Position numbers and translations under genes: made by a program
Assembly (NCBI GenBank): GCA_902788555.1
Contig: CADAKQ010000005.1
Span: 7,708 to 71,707 of the forward strand
DNA from: an uncultured Lachnospiraceae bacterium
Lineage (GTDB): Bacteria > Bacillota > Clostridia > Lachnospirales > Lachnospiraceae
Direction of reading: 5' to 3'
DNA: 64,000 nt
Part shown: positions 19,689 to 29,918 of the stretch, one piece after another
Layout of the letters: every line of letters starts with the position of its first letter
How positions within the stretch are numbered: position 1 is the stretch's first letter
Notes under the pieces: model-generated
Told to the model about the DNA's origin: nothing
The model's input: the letters and a program-made list of their open reading frames with translations, nothing else
Database searches by the model: none

Positions 19689-20471
19689 TTGGATATAGCA
19701 TCAATTATTGGTATAGGCGCAGCGCTTTTCCTTATGATAAACGGTATGGGTGGAGTTGGCGCACTTATGGAAACCTTCATAGATATGCCTTCAGTATTTA
19801 TTACCTTTGGTGGTGCTTTTGGTACAATTCTTGCCATGAATACTTTAAAGGGATTTTTGGCAGGTTTGAAATCGTACCTTCTTATATTTAAAACACCGAA
19901 AGCCAGTGAAATAGACACAATTAAATCAATAATTGACCTTTCAAATCTTGCCAGAAGAGAGGGTCTTCTTGCACTTGAGGAATCGGCTAATTCCCTTGAT
20001 GATGAATTCATGAAAAAGGGTGTTATGCTTATAGTCGATGGTACTGACCCGGAACTTGTAAGAAGTATTCTTGAGGCGGAGCTTATAAATGTTGATACAA
20101 GACATCAGCAGAATATCGGCTTTTGGAAGGACGTTGCATCAATGGGTCCTGCATGGGGTATGATAGGTACACTTATAGGACTTATTCTTATGCTGAAGGA
20201 TTTGTCGGATCCGGATTCCATCGGTCCTAATATGGCGGTTGCCCTTATTACGACATTGTATGGTTCCGTTCTTGCAAACTGGGTTTGTGCACCGGCATCC
20301 AGTAAGCTTGCAAAATTAAATGATACAGAGATTAAGCTTAAAGAAGTTATGATAGAGGGAATACTCTCCATACAGGCAGGAGAAAACCCGAGAGTTATCG
20401 AAGAAAAGTTAAAGGCCTTCCTTGCTCCTAAGGACAGAGCCGGACTTGGTGAAGAAGGCGGTGGTCAGTAA
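19689..20471 (+). CDS. motA: stator A subunit (MotA/PomA family)
   Basis: ARREGLLALE, PAWGMIGTLIGL, MAVALITTLYG, IQAGENP. Confidence 0.93.
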   Translation: MDIASIIGIGAALFLMINGMGGVGALMETFIDMPSVFITFGGAFGTILAMNTLKGFLAGLKSYLLIFKTPKASEIDTIKSIIDLSNLARREGLLALEESANSLDDEFMKKGVMLIVDGTDPELVRSILEAELINVDTRHQQNIGFWKDVASMGPAWGMIGTLIGLILMLKDLSDPDSIGPNMAVALITTLYGSVLANWVCAPASSKLAKLNDTEIKLKEVMIEGILSIQAGENPRVIEEKLKAFLAPKDRAGLGEEGGGQ

Positions 20472-21316
20472 TGGCGAAAAAGAAAGAACAACCTGCTGAA
20501 GAAGGTTCACCGGCCTGGATGGCGACATTTAGTGATCTCATGAATCTTTTACTTTGCTTCTTCGTTTTGCTTTTTGCGAGCTCAACTATGGATGAAGGAA
20601 AGATACAAAAGATTATGGCATCCTTCAATAATATGAATTTTTCAATATTAAATGAAGGAAATATATCACTTTTATCCGGAGATTTAATGTCCGGAGGTGT
20701 TACACAGGTTCCTGATATACAGAGTATTTTGACTCAGGCGGGAAAAGCTATAGACGGAGATCCGGGAGAGGATGCATCCGCTTCGTCCTCTGATGCTGAT
20801 AAGCTTTCTGATGAGGAGTTAAAAAATGAATATGACAAACGTGGAGAAGAACAGTCTGAAGAAATGTATGAGGAAATAGTCCAGATGACAGAGTCATACA
20901 GTATAGATGATCAGATTATTCTAGACTATAATGCACAGTATGTCGAATTAAACCTTAACGGTTCGATACTTTTTGACTCGGGAAAGGCTGAAGTAAGAGA
21001 AGATTCGAAGATGTTTTTGCAGAAGATTGCAAGCATTCTTGTTAAATACAAATATTGCATTATAGAGATAGAAGGACATACGGATAATGTTCCGATTTCA
21101 ACAGCAAAGTATGAAAATAACAGGGCACTTTCTACTGAAAGAGCAAGAAATGTCTATGAATATCTCATGTCACAGGAAAATTTTATAGATTCAAATATGA
21201 AGATTGCCGGATATGGAGAAAGTAAGCCTGTTGCATCAAATGCTACGGAGGAAGGCAGAGCTAAAAACCGAAGAGTTGTAATAAAAATATATAATCAACA
21301 GAATTCAGTAAACTAA
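20471..21316 (+). CDS. motB: stator B subunit (MotB/PomB family)
   Basis: WMATFSDLMNLLLCFFVLL; OmpA-like domain IEGHTDN..NRRV. Confidence 0.93.
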   Translation: MAKKKEQPAEEGSPAWMATFSDLMNLLLCFFVLLFASSTMDEGKIQKIMASFNNMNFSILNEGNISLLSGDLMSGGVTQVPDIQSILTQAGKAIDGDPGEDASASSSDADKLSDEELKNEYDKRGEEQSEEMYEEIVQMTESYSIDDQIILDYNAQYVELNLNGSILFDSGKAEVREDSKMFLQKIASILVKYKYCIIEIEGHTDNVPISTAKYENNRALSTERARNVYEYLMSQENFIDSNMKIAGYGESKPVASNATEEGRAKNRRVVIKIYNQQNSVN

Positions 21317-21322
21317 GGATAG

Positions 21323-21850
21323 GTGGAGAAAATGAGAAAGAATCTTATTACTGTTATAATACTTGCGATATGTATAATAAATCTTGTGTTTAATATATTA
21401 CTTGTGTTTGTGTTTATGCCTTCGGCAACTAAAACAAACAAGCTTATCGGTGATATAGCTGCTGTACTTGACCTTGAAATATCGTCCCAGTCAAATGGCA
21501 ATTCTGACGGATTTGATGTTGCTGACCTGGCACCGTTCCAGCTTGAACAGGGAAATCCTATTAACCTTGCATCAGACGGTTCGGATAAGGTTCACGCACT
21601 TCAGTATGGTATAACGATAAATCTTGATAAGACAGCAAAGGATTATAGTAAGGTTCAGGCTAATCTTGAGGCTTCAACTTCACTTATTTATGATATGACG
21701 CGTGATGTTATCGGAAATTATACATATGCTCAGGTTATAGATGTTGAGGTTCAAAGACAGATAAAGGATGAGATATTGGAAAAGCTTAAAGAAACCTTCA
21801 ATACTGAATGTATATATTCTATAAGCTTCTATAACTGGGTAGCACAATAG
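21323..21850 (+). CDS. fliL: flagellar basal body protein FliL
   Basis: N-terminal TM, INLA motif, between motB and fliM. Confidence 0.8.
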   Translation: MEKMRKNLITVIILAICIINLVFNILLVFVFMPSATKTNKLIGDIAAVLDLEISSQSNGNSDGFDVADLAPFQLEQGNPINLASDGSDKVHALQYGITINLDKTAKDYSKVQANLEASTSLIYDMTRDVIGNYTYAQVIDVEVQRQIKDEILEKLKETFNTECIYSISFYNWVAQ

Positions 21851-21874
21851 TTCTTTGCTTAGGAGGCGAATTGC

Positions 21875-22855
21875 GTGGCAGACGTATTATCACAAAATGA
21901 AATAGATGCCTTGCTTAAGCAGCTTAGTTCCGGTGAATTGGACGTTGATACAATTGAGGATTCACAGACAGCTAAGGTCAAGGAATACGACTTTTCAAGA
22001 CCTGCTAAATTTTCAAAGGAACATCTCAGAACGTTGGAAATAATATTCGAACATTTTGGCAGACTTTTATCAAGTAACCTGCCGGCGTATCTGAGAAAGA
22101 ATGTTCAGGTTGAGGTTATGAACTCTGAAGCCGTAACGTATTCGGAGTTTTCAAATGCTTTATCAAATCCTGTGCTTTTGGCGATTGTAAATATGTCACC
22201 TTTGGCGGGAAATATCATATTAGAGCTTGCAACCAATATTGGTTATACAATAATAGACAGGCTTTTGGGAGGTTCGGGTGAACCTCTTGAAAAAGTAAGG
22301 GATTTTTCGGAGATTGAGCTTTCCATATTGGAAAGAATATTTAATATAATTATTGATTTACTCAGGGAGCCGTGGGGGAATGTTGTTGAAATAGACCCTT
22401 ATCTGGAACGAATTGAGACAAATTCACAGTTCGCTCAGATTATCTCGCCCACTGAGATGATTGCTATTGTTACAATAAACATAAACATTGGCGGAGTAGA
22501 AGGTCTTATGAATGTTTGCCTTCCTTTCCTTACTCTCGAGGATGTTATGGATAAGCTCAATACAAAATATTGGTTTTCTACTATGCAGGATAGAGACGAA
22601 CAAAGCTATGCCGATGTGATTGAGACGGCAATAAATAATGCTCAGATTCCTATTTCTGCTGAACTTGGTAAAAGTTCGATTACGGTTTGGGATTTTGTTA
22701 ATCTACAGATTGGAGATGTAATAAAACTTAATACCAATGTTGATGATGAACTTGATATCTATGTAGGAAATATAGTTAAGTTTAAGGCTTTACCGGGTTC
22801 TGCCAGTGATAATTATGCAGTAAAAATCACTGAGATTTATAGAGAGGAGGAATAA
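21875..22855 (+). CDS. fliM: motor switch protein FliM
   Basis: LSQNEIDALL, YDFSRPAKFSKEHLR, DRLLGG. Confidence 0.96.
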   Translation: MADVLSQNEIDALLKQLSSGELDVDTIEDSQTAKVKEYDFSRPAKFSKEHLRTLEIIFEHFGRLLSSNLPAYLRKNVQVEVMNSEAVTYSEFSNALSNPVLLAIVNMSPLAGNIILELATNIGYTIIDRLLGGSGEPLEKVRDFSEIELSILERIFNIIIDLLREPWGNVVEIDPYLERIETNSQFAQIISPTEMIAIVTININIGGVEGLMNVCLPFLTLEDVMDKLNTKYWFSTMQDRDEQSYADVIETAINNAQIPISAELGKSSITVWDFVNLQIGDVIKLNTNVDDELDIYVGNIVKFKALPGSASDNYAVKITEIYREEE

Positions 22856-22861
22856 GCGGAT

Positions 22862-24010
22862 ATGGATGGAATGTTATCGCAGGAGGAGATTAACGCATTG
22901 CTTGGTGACATGGGTGCGGGGTCTTCAGATGGCGGCTCGGCATCCGGCGGTTCTAATTTAAGCTCGGATGAAAAGGATGCCATAGGTGAAATATCCAACA
23001 TATGTATGGGTACAGCAGCGACTACCCTTTATTCCTTGGTCAACCAGAAGGTTGTTATAACCACTCCCGTTGTTGAGGTTACAACATGGGAAAATATGAC
23101 AAAAGAATATGCAAGACCATGTGTTTTTATCAATATAAATTATAAAGAGGGTATTGATGGAAATAACGTATTGATTCTTAAGGAAGAAGATGTTAAAGTT
23201 ATCACAGATTTGATGATGGGTGGTGACGGATTGAATCCTTCTCCTGAGCTTACAGATTTGCATATAAGTGCAATTTGTGAAGCTATGAATCAGATGATGG
23301 GTTCATCGGCAACCTCGCTTTCGTCAATGCTAAACTGTAAGGTGGATATAAGCCCTCCTGAGGCAGAGCTTATCGATATGGCGGGCAACATAGACCCGGC
23401 AAAGATTTCAAACTTTATAAATGGAGAGTTTGTAAATGTAACCTTTAGGATGACGATAGGAGAATTGGTTGACAGCACGATAATGCAGCTTTACCCTATT
23501 GATCTTGCTAAAGAATTATATAAAAAATTTTCAAGCGGTGAGGAGCAGGCTCCTGAACCGCCGAAGCAACAGGCACCACCACAACAAACTGCACCTGCAC
23601 CTTCTGCTGCACCGCAGCCGACTCCACAGGCAGCACCACAGCCGGTTATGATGGAACAGCCGATGATGGGACAGCCAATGATGGGACAACCGATGATGGG
23701 ACAAGATGTTAATGTACAAAATGTGCAGTTTAAGGCATTCAATCCGATGCCGAATCCGGTACTTCAACAGGAAAACATAGATTTGATTATGGATGTTCCG
23801 CTTGATGTATCAGTTGTCTTGGGAAGAACCAAGAAAACCATAAAAGAAATTCTTGAGTTTGCACCGGGAACCATTATAGAACTCAACAGGCTTGCCGGAG
23901 AACCGATTGATGTAATTGTTAATCAGAAATTGGTAGCAAAGGGCGAGGTTGTAGTTATAGAAGAAAGCTTTGGTATTAGAATTACCGATATAATAAAGGA
24001 AAAAATGTAA
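22862..24010 (+). CDS. fliY: switch phosphatase FliY (CheC-like + FliN domain)
   Basis: LSQEEINALL; GEISNICMG and EAMNQMMG motifs; FliN-like C-terminus AKGEVVVIEESFGIRI. Confidence 0.93.
   Translation: MDGMLSQEEINALLGDMGAGSSDGGSASGGSNLSSDEKDAIGEISNICMGTAATTLYSLVNQKVVITTPVVEVTTWENMTKEYARPCVFININYKEGIDGNNVLILKEEDVKVITDLMMGGDGLNPSPELTDLHISAICEAMNQMMGSSATSLSSMLNCKVDISPPEAELIDMAGNIDPAKISNFINGEFVNVTFRMTIGELVDSTIMQLYPIDLAKELYKKFSSGEEQAPEPPKQQAPPQQTAPAPSAAPQPTPQAAPQPVMMEQPMMGQPMMGQPMMGQDVNVQNVQFKAFNPMPNPVLQQENIDLIMDVPLDVSVVLGRTKKTIKEILEFAPGTIIELNRLAGEPIDVIVNQKLVAKGEVVVIEESFGIRITDIIKEKM
23657..23701 (+). repeat. 15-bp in-frame tandem repeat x3 (QPMMG) in the FliY linker
   Basis: CAGCCGATGATGGGA CAGCCAATGATGGGA CAACCGATGATGGGA. 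Confidence 0.85.
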
Positions 24011-24025
24011 AAGGAGTATAATTTT

Positions 24026-24388
24026 ATGGCAAAGAGTATACTTATATGTGATGATGCAGCATTTATGAGAATGATGATTAAGGATATTTTAACCAAAAAT
24101 GGTTATAATATCGCAGGAGAGGCAGAGAATGGTGCAAAGGCTGTCGAGAAATACGACGAGACTAAGCCGGATCTTGTCCTTATGGACATAACTATGCCTG
24201 AAATGGATGGTATACAGGCACTTAAAAAGATCAAAGAAAAGGATCCGAATGCAAGTGTTGTTATGTGTTCAGCGATGGGTCAGCAGGCTATGGTTATTGA
24301 GTCGATTCAGTCAGGAGCAAGAGATTTTATTGTTAAGCCTTTCCAACCTGACCGTGTTATCGAAGCAGTTAAAAAGGCAGTAGAATAA
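24026..24388 (+). CDS. cheY: chemotaxis response regulator CheY
   Basis: DDAAFMRMMIK, MDITMPEMDG, CSAMGQQ, FIVKPF. Confidence 0.95.
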   Translation: MAKSILICDDAAFMRMMIKDILTKNGYNIAGEAENGAKAVEKYDETKPDLVLMDITMPEMDGIQALKKIKEKDPNASVVMCSAMGQQAMVIESIQSGARDFIVKPFQPDRVIEAVKKAVE

Positions 24389-24389
24389 G

Positions 24390-24791
24390 ATGATTACAGT
24401 TTTATTGGGTAATAACTATAGCGGATGGCATTCGTTTGTCAATATTTTATCGTTATTACTTATATTTGTATTGGTTTTGGTTATGGCTTATTTTTCTACT
24501 AAGTTTATAGCTAAATATCAGTCAAATAATATTAACAACAAATCTAATATCAGAATTATTGAATCCTATAGGCTTGGCAACAATAAATTTATCGCCATAG
24601 TTAAAATAGGCGGTGATTATTATGCTATTGCATTAGGTAAGGAGGAAGTAACCTTTATTGATAAGTTGGATGCTGACGGACTCAAATTAAATCAGGAGGG
24701 TACTTCCGAGGCTTTAGACAAAACACAGGGAGCATTATGCTTTAAGGATGTTTTGTCCCAGATAAAAAACAAAAAATCAAAAGATGATTAG
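24390..24791 (+). CDS. fliO: flagellar biosynthesis protein FliO/FliZ
   Basis: Single TM then NIRIIESYRLGNNKFIAIVKIG; precedes fliP. Confidence 0.85.
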   Translation: MITVLLGNNYSGWHSFVNILSLLLIFVLVLVMAYFSTKFIAKYQSNNINNKSNIRIIESYRLGNNKFIAIVKIGGDYYAIALGKEEVTFIDKLDADGLKLNQEGTSEALDKTQGALCFKDVLSQIKNKKSKDD

Positions 24792-24811
24792 GACATAAAG
24801 TAGGTAGAAAA

Positions 24812-25642
24812 ATGAAATTAAGAAGGCTTCGTAAGTTAATTATATTATTATTTATACCAATTGCTTTAGCTGTCTTTATTTCAGGAACAAATTCATATGC
24901 TACCGGAGTTACTCCTGATACGGATCCGGAGGAGGGGGTTGAGAACGCTGTTACAGATGATGAAAATGACGGCTTCTCTGTTGGCTTAACGCTTAATTCC
25001 AATTCCGATGAAACACGACTTGCCGGAACGTTAAGGATGCTTTTGGTAATTACGGTAATTTCAATAGCTCCATCAATATTAGTTATGCTGACCTCGTTCA
25101 CAAGAATAATAGTTGTTCTTCATTTTGTAAGAACTGCTGTCGGAACGCAGTCGTCACCGCCTAATAATGTATTGATTGGGCTTTCGTTGTTTTTAACACT
25201 TTTTATAATGAGTCCTGTTTTTGTAAAGATAAATGAAGAAGCAATACAGCCGTTATCGAATCAGGAAATTACTCAGGAGGAGGCAATTAATAATGCTGTT
25301 GAACCCTTAAGAGATTTCATGCTAAGACAGGTCAGACAAGAAGATTTAAGACTGTTTATGGATATTGCCAGAATGGATACCGTAGATGATGTTAGTGAGA
25401 TTCCGACTACGGTCATTATTCCCGCTTTCATAATAAGTGAACTGAGAGCGGCGTTCATAATAGGCTTTTTGATATATATTCCTTTTATTATAATAGATAT
25501 GGTTGTTTCATCAGTCCTTATGTCAATGGGTATGATGATGCTGCCGCCGACCACGATTTCCATGCCGTTTAAGATTCTTTTATTTATAATGGCGGACGGA
25601 TGGAATCTCGTAATAGGTCAGTTGGTACAGTCCTTTCACTGA
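24812..25642 (+). CDS. fliP: export gate protein FliP
   Basis: TSFTRIIVV, PPNNVLIG, IPAFIISEL, MGMMMLPP. Confidence 0.96.
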   Translation: MKLRRLRKLIILLFIPIALAVFISGTNSYATGVTPDTDPEEGVENAVTDDENDGFSVGLTLNSNSDETRLAGTLRMLLVITVISIAPSILVMLTSFTRIIVVLHFVRTAVGTQSSPPNNVLIGLSLFLTLFIMSPVFVKINEEAIQPLSNQEITQEEAINNAVEPLRDFMLRQVRQEDLRLFMDIARMDTVDDVSEIPTTVIIPAFIISELRAAFIIGFLIYIPFIIIDMVVSSVLMSMGMMMLPPTTISMPFKILLFIMADGWNLVIGQLVQSFH

Positions 25643-25664
25643 TGTTAGCCGGGGGTGATTTAAT

Positions 25665-25934
25665 ATGACGGTAGGAGACGTTATCGATATAACAAGTCAG
25701 GCTATATGGCTTATAATTAAATGTGCGGCACCAATGCTTCTGGTATCGCTCATAGTTGGTTTGATAGTAAGTATTTTTCAGACTGTTACATCGATTCAGG
25801 AGCAGACTCTTACATTTGTTCCGAAAATACTTATGGTTTTTCTGACACTGATTTTGACGGGAAATTGGATTTTAAACAATATTGTTGCGTTTATACAGGA
25901 TATATACAGCAGATTTGGAGATTTTGTGGGGTAG
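25665..25934 (+). CDS. fliQ: export gate protein FliQ
   Basis: IFQTVTSIQEQTLTFVPK. Confidence 0.96.
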   Translation: MTVGDVIDITSQAIWLIIKCAAPMLLVSLIVGLIVSIFQTVTSIQEQTLTFVPKILMVFLTLILTGNWILNNIVAFIQDIYSRFGDFVG

Positions 25935-25940
25935 CAAGGT

Positions 25941-26714
25941 ATGGATTTAAGAATTTCAACCCTGACCCTCGAAGCTTTTTTGCTTGTATTGGTAAGGACT
26001 ATAGGTTTTGTTGTTACAGCTCCTTTGTTTTCTAACAGAAGTATAAATGCAAGGATTAGGGTTTTGATAGCAGCATGCATTGCAATAACGATATTTACGT
26101 CCTTAAATATGCCGCTTCCGGAGTACAGTACGGTTTTTGGGTATACAATACTGCTTTTTAAGGAAGTTTTTGTCGGATTATCACTTGGCTTTATCTCAAG
26201 CTTTGTAATGGCGATTGTAGTTATGGTGGGAGAATTTATAGATAGGGAAATCGGCTTTACAATGGCTACAACCTTTGATCCTTCCGTAGGTACTATGGTA
26301 ACAATAACTGCAGAGCTGTATGATAAGATGATTTATCTTGTAATTCTTTTAACTAATCTGCATTTTTATATTTTGAGAGCTTTGGTTCAGTCCTATGAGG
26401 TTGTACCATTAGGTCATATAAATATAAACTATGGGTTTATGTTTACCCAGACACTTGAATTTATCGGACAGTACTTCAGTATCGGCTTTAGAATCGCAAT
26501 GCCTATTTTTTTAAGTACGATTATATTAAATGTTATACTCGGAGTTATTTCAAAGAGCTCGCCGCAGATGAATATGTTTGCCATTGGAATGCAGCTTAAG
26601 GTGCTTGGCGGACTTTTAATGATGTCGATTGTTATTATGTATATACCAAGTGTAGCAAATTATCTGGTAGAGAAAATGAATGATGTGGTTATGACTGTAT
26701 TAGGAGGCTTGTAG
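25941..26714 (+). CDS. fliR: export gate protein FliR
   Basis: Hydrophobic; TAPLFS, KEVFVG, SPQMNMFAIG. Confidence 0.93.
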   Translation: MDLRISTLTLEAFLLVLVRTIGFVVTAPLFSNRSINARIRVLIAACIAITIFTSLNMPLPEYSTVFGYTILLFKEVFVGLSLGFISSFVMAIVVMVGEFIDREIGFTMATTFDPSVGTMVTITAELYDKMIYLVILLTNLHFYILRALVQSYEVVPLGHININYGFMFTQTLEFIGQYFSIGFRIAMPIFLSTIILNVILGVISKSSPQMNMFAIGMQLKVLGGLLMMSIVIMYIPSVANYLVEKMNDVVMTVLGGL

Positions 26715-26718
26715 TCTT

Positions 26719-27828
26719 ATGATAGAGTATAAACCTTTAATTAAATATAATCTTCAGTTTTTTGCAAATGATGATAAAACAGAGGAACCTACCGCAAAAA
26801 AGATTGAAGATACCCGTAAGGAAGGACAGGTTGCAAAAAGTACAGAGCTTGCAAGTGCAGTTGCATTACTCACAGCTTTCTTAAGCCTGAGATTTTTGAT
26901 GAGCTTTCTGTCAGGACGTCTTTTAGAGGTTTTTCATACATTTTGGCAACAAATGAATGTTTACTCATCAGGAGATTTCTCAAGCAACACGGTACATAAA
27001 ATAATTGTTAATGTACTTTTATATGTGTTGATTACAATCCTGCCTTTTTTACTTATTTTTTTATTTGTGGGCTTTATGGTGCAAAGGCTTCAGATAACCT
27101 GGAAGGTTACAACAAAGCCACTTCAGCCAAAGCTCAATAAGCTTAATCCTATTAACGGATTTAAGCGTATGTTTTCAGGAAGAGCACTTATAAATCTGTT
27201 GATGTCTATAGCAAAGGTTTTGATATTCGGGTATATGAGCTATAGCATCATTAAAGATAATATAAGTGTATTTATTAATTCATATGACAATAATCTTGAG
27301 GATAATCTTGGAATACTTTTTGACCTTATTTATGAGCTTGGAATTAAAATATCTGCCGTATATATTATAATTGCCGCTGCAGATTTCATGTATCAAAAAT
27401 GGAAGCATAAGCAGGATATTAAGATGACCAAGCAGGAGGTAAAGGACGAATATAAGAACCAGGAAGGAGATCCTAAGGTAAAGGGACAGCAAAGGCAGAG
27501 AATGCAGCAGGCGGCCAGACGCCGTATGATGCAAAATATTCCGGAAGCGGATGTTGTCATTACCAATCCAACTCATTTTGCGGTTGCCTTGAAATATGAT
27601 AATAATGTGAGCAATGCACCATTGGTTGTTGCAAAGGGTGCTGATTATCTGGCTTATAAGATAAAAGATATTGCAAGGGAAAACGGAGTGGAAATAGTTG
27701 AAGATAAGCCTTTGGCAAGGATGCTTTATTCAAATGTAGAGATAGGTGATGAGATTCCGCAGGAGCTATATCAGTCGGTTGCCGAGGTTCTCGCATATGT
27801 ATATAAATTAAAAAATAAGGTAAGCTGA
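26719..27828 (+). CDS. flhB: export protein FlhB
   Basis: KTEEPTAKK, EGDPKVKG, autocleavage motif TNPTH. Confidence 0.96.
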   Translation: MIEYKPLIKYNLQFFANDDKTEEPTAKKIEDTRKEGQVAKSTELASAVALLTAFLSLRFLMSFLSGRLLEVFHTFWQQMNVYSSGDFSSNTVHKIIVNVLLYVLITILPFLLIFLFVGFMVQRLQITWKVTTKPLQPKLNKLNPINGFKRMFSGRALINLLMSIAKVLIFGYMSYSIIKDNISVFINSYDNNLEDNLGILFDLIYELGIKISAVYIIIAAADFMYQKWKHKQDIKMTKQEVKDEYKNQEGDPKVKGQQRQRMQQAARRRMMQNIPEADVVITNPTHFAVALKYDNNVSNAPLVVAKGADYLAYKIKDIARENGVEIVEDKPLARMLYSNVEIGDEIPQELYQSVAEVLAYVYKLKNKVS

Positions 27829-27875
27829 TTGCATTTTTGATGAAGTTAAAATAAACGGAAAGGAGTAAATAAACG

Positions 27876-29918
27876 ATGAAAAGAAATGATATGTTTTTGG
27901 GCTTTTATTTACTTGCTGCCGTTATATTTTTCATAATTCCGTTAAAATCATGGATGCTTGATATATTGATACTTTTTAATATATCGCTTGCTTTGATTAT
28001 TGTATTTAACTGTTTGTTTGCAAAAGAAACATTGGGTATGTCAGGCTTCCCGACATTACTTTTGTTTACAACCATTTTTAGAATTTCACTTAATGTTTCT
28101 TCTACAAGACTTATTCTTTCAACAGGTAATCCGGGAAGAGTTGTAGAGGTTTTCGGTTCCTTCGTCGGAGGAGGTAATCTTGTAATAGGTGCAATCATAT
28201 TTATTGTATTGATTATCGTACAGATGATGATTATCAATAAAGGTACCGAAAGAGTTTCAGAGGTAACGGCAAGATTTACTCTTGATGCTATGCCGGGTAA
28301 ACAGATGGCTATAGATGCGGACCTTTCTTCCGGAGCCATAACCGACCAGGAGGCGATAGCAAGACGAGATAAGATTCAGGCAGAATCAGCTTTCTTCGGT
28401 GCTATGGACGGTGCTACAAAGTATGTTAAGGGAGATGCTACGGCAGGTCTGATAATCACACTTATAAACATTGTCGGCGGTATAGTAATGGGTATTACCA
28501 TGCAGGGAATGTCTGCATCGGATGCACTTCAAAAATATACGATACTTACCATAGGTGATGGACTTGTATCACAGATTCCGTCCATGCTTATATCACTTTC
28601 AACAGGTCTTCTTGTTACTAAGGCTTCTAAGGAGGAGAGTATCGGAGATACACTTATAGGTGAGCTTTTCAGTATTCCTAAGGTGCTTATGTTTGTCGGA
28701 GCAACTATGATAGGACTTGGTGCATTTACACCACTTAATTTCTTCTTCTGTGCAGCATATGGCATACTTTTTATAGTCATTTCAAATAATTTGAAGAATG
28801 CGGAAAAGAAGGCTGAGATAGAGGAGGAAGTTGAAGAAGAAGAGGTACAGGCAGATGAGGTAAGAAGACACGAAAATGTTAATTCACTTCTTCAGGTTGA
28901 CCCTATTGAATTGGAGTTTGGTTATGGTATAATACCATTAGCGGATGTTAATCAGGGCGGTGATTTGTTAGACAGAGTAGTAATGATCAGACGACAGATT
29001 GCACTGGAACTTGGAGCGGTTGTTCCTATCATTCGTTTAAGAGATAATATTCAGCTCAATCCTAACCAGTATATTATAAAGATAAAGGGTATACAGGTCA
29101 GCGAGGGTGAGATTTTGTTTGATCATTATATGGCTATGAATCCGGGATATGTTGAGGATGAAATTACAGGTATTCCTACTCTTGAACCGGCTTTCCATCT
29201 TGAAGCCATGTGGATTACGGAATCGCAAAGAGAAAGAGCGGAGTCGCTTGGATATACTGTCGTTGACCCACCATCAATTATTGCGACGCATCTTACAGAG
29301 GTAATTAAACATCATCTTGATGAGCTTCTTACAAGACAGGATGTTCAAAATCTTATAGATAATATTAAAGAATCCAACAAAACCCTTGTTGATGAGCTTG
29401 TTCCTAAGCTTTTGGGTGTCGGAGACATACAAAAGGTTTTACAGAATCTTTTGCGTGAAGGTATATCTATAAGAGATCTTGTAACTATTTTTGAAACCCT
29501 TGCTGATTATGCTGCAACAAGCAGAGATACCGATATTCTCACGGAATACGTAAGGCAAAGCTTAAAGAGAGCAATCTCCAATAAATACTTCGGAGATGAA
29601 AATATGACGGAGGTCATAACGCTTGATCCTAAGATAGAGCAAATGATTATGGGCTCGATAAAGCAGACGGAGCAGGGAGCGTATATTTCTCTTGATCCTG
29701 CGGTTACAAAGAAAATACTTAACGCTACGGAGGCTGAAATACAAAAGCTTGAAAATAAGGGACTTAACCCTATTATAATCACATCACCTATTGTACGTAT
29801 GTATTTCAAGAAGATGACAAGCGAGTATTTTAAAGATTTGGTAGTTATTTCGTATAATGAGATAGATTCTGATATTGAACTTAAGTCAATAGGAGTTGTA
29901 ACGATAGATGATAATTAA
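27876..29918 (+). CDS. flhA: export protein FlhA
   Basis: ARFTLDAMPGKQMAIDADL, FFGAMDGATKYVKGD. Confidence 0.97.
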   Translation: MKRNDMFLGFYLLAAVIFFIIPLKSWMLDILILFNISLALIIVFNCLFAKETLGMSGFPTLLLFTTIFRISLNVSSTRLILSTGNPGRVVEVFGSFVGGGNLVIGAIIFIVLIIVQMMIINKGTERVSEVTARFTLDAMPGKQMAIDADLSSGAITDQEAIARRDKIQAESAFFGAMDGATKYVKGDATAGLIITLINIVGGIVMGITMQGMSASDALQKYTILTIGDGLVSQIPSMLISLSTGLLVTKASKEESIGDTLIGELFSIPKVLMFVGATMIGLGAFTPLNFFFCAAYGILFIVISNNLKNAEKKAEIEEEVEEEEVQADEVRRHENVNSLLQVDPIELEFGYGIIPLADVNQGGDLLDRVVMIRRQIALELGAVVPIIRLRDNIQLNPNQYIIKIKGIQVSEGEILFDHYMAMNPGYVEDEITGIPTLEPAFHLEAMWITESQRERAESLGYTVVDPPSIIATHLTEVIKHHLDELLTRQDVQNLIDNIKESNKTLVDELVPKLLGVGDIQKVLQNLLREGISIRDLVTIFETLADYAATSRDTDILTEYVRQSLKRAISNKYFGDENMTEVITLDPKIEQMIMGSIKQTEQGAYISLDPAVTKKILNATEAEIQKLENKGLNPIIITSPIVRMYFKKMTSEYFKDLVVISYNEIDSDIELKSIGVVTIDDN

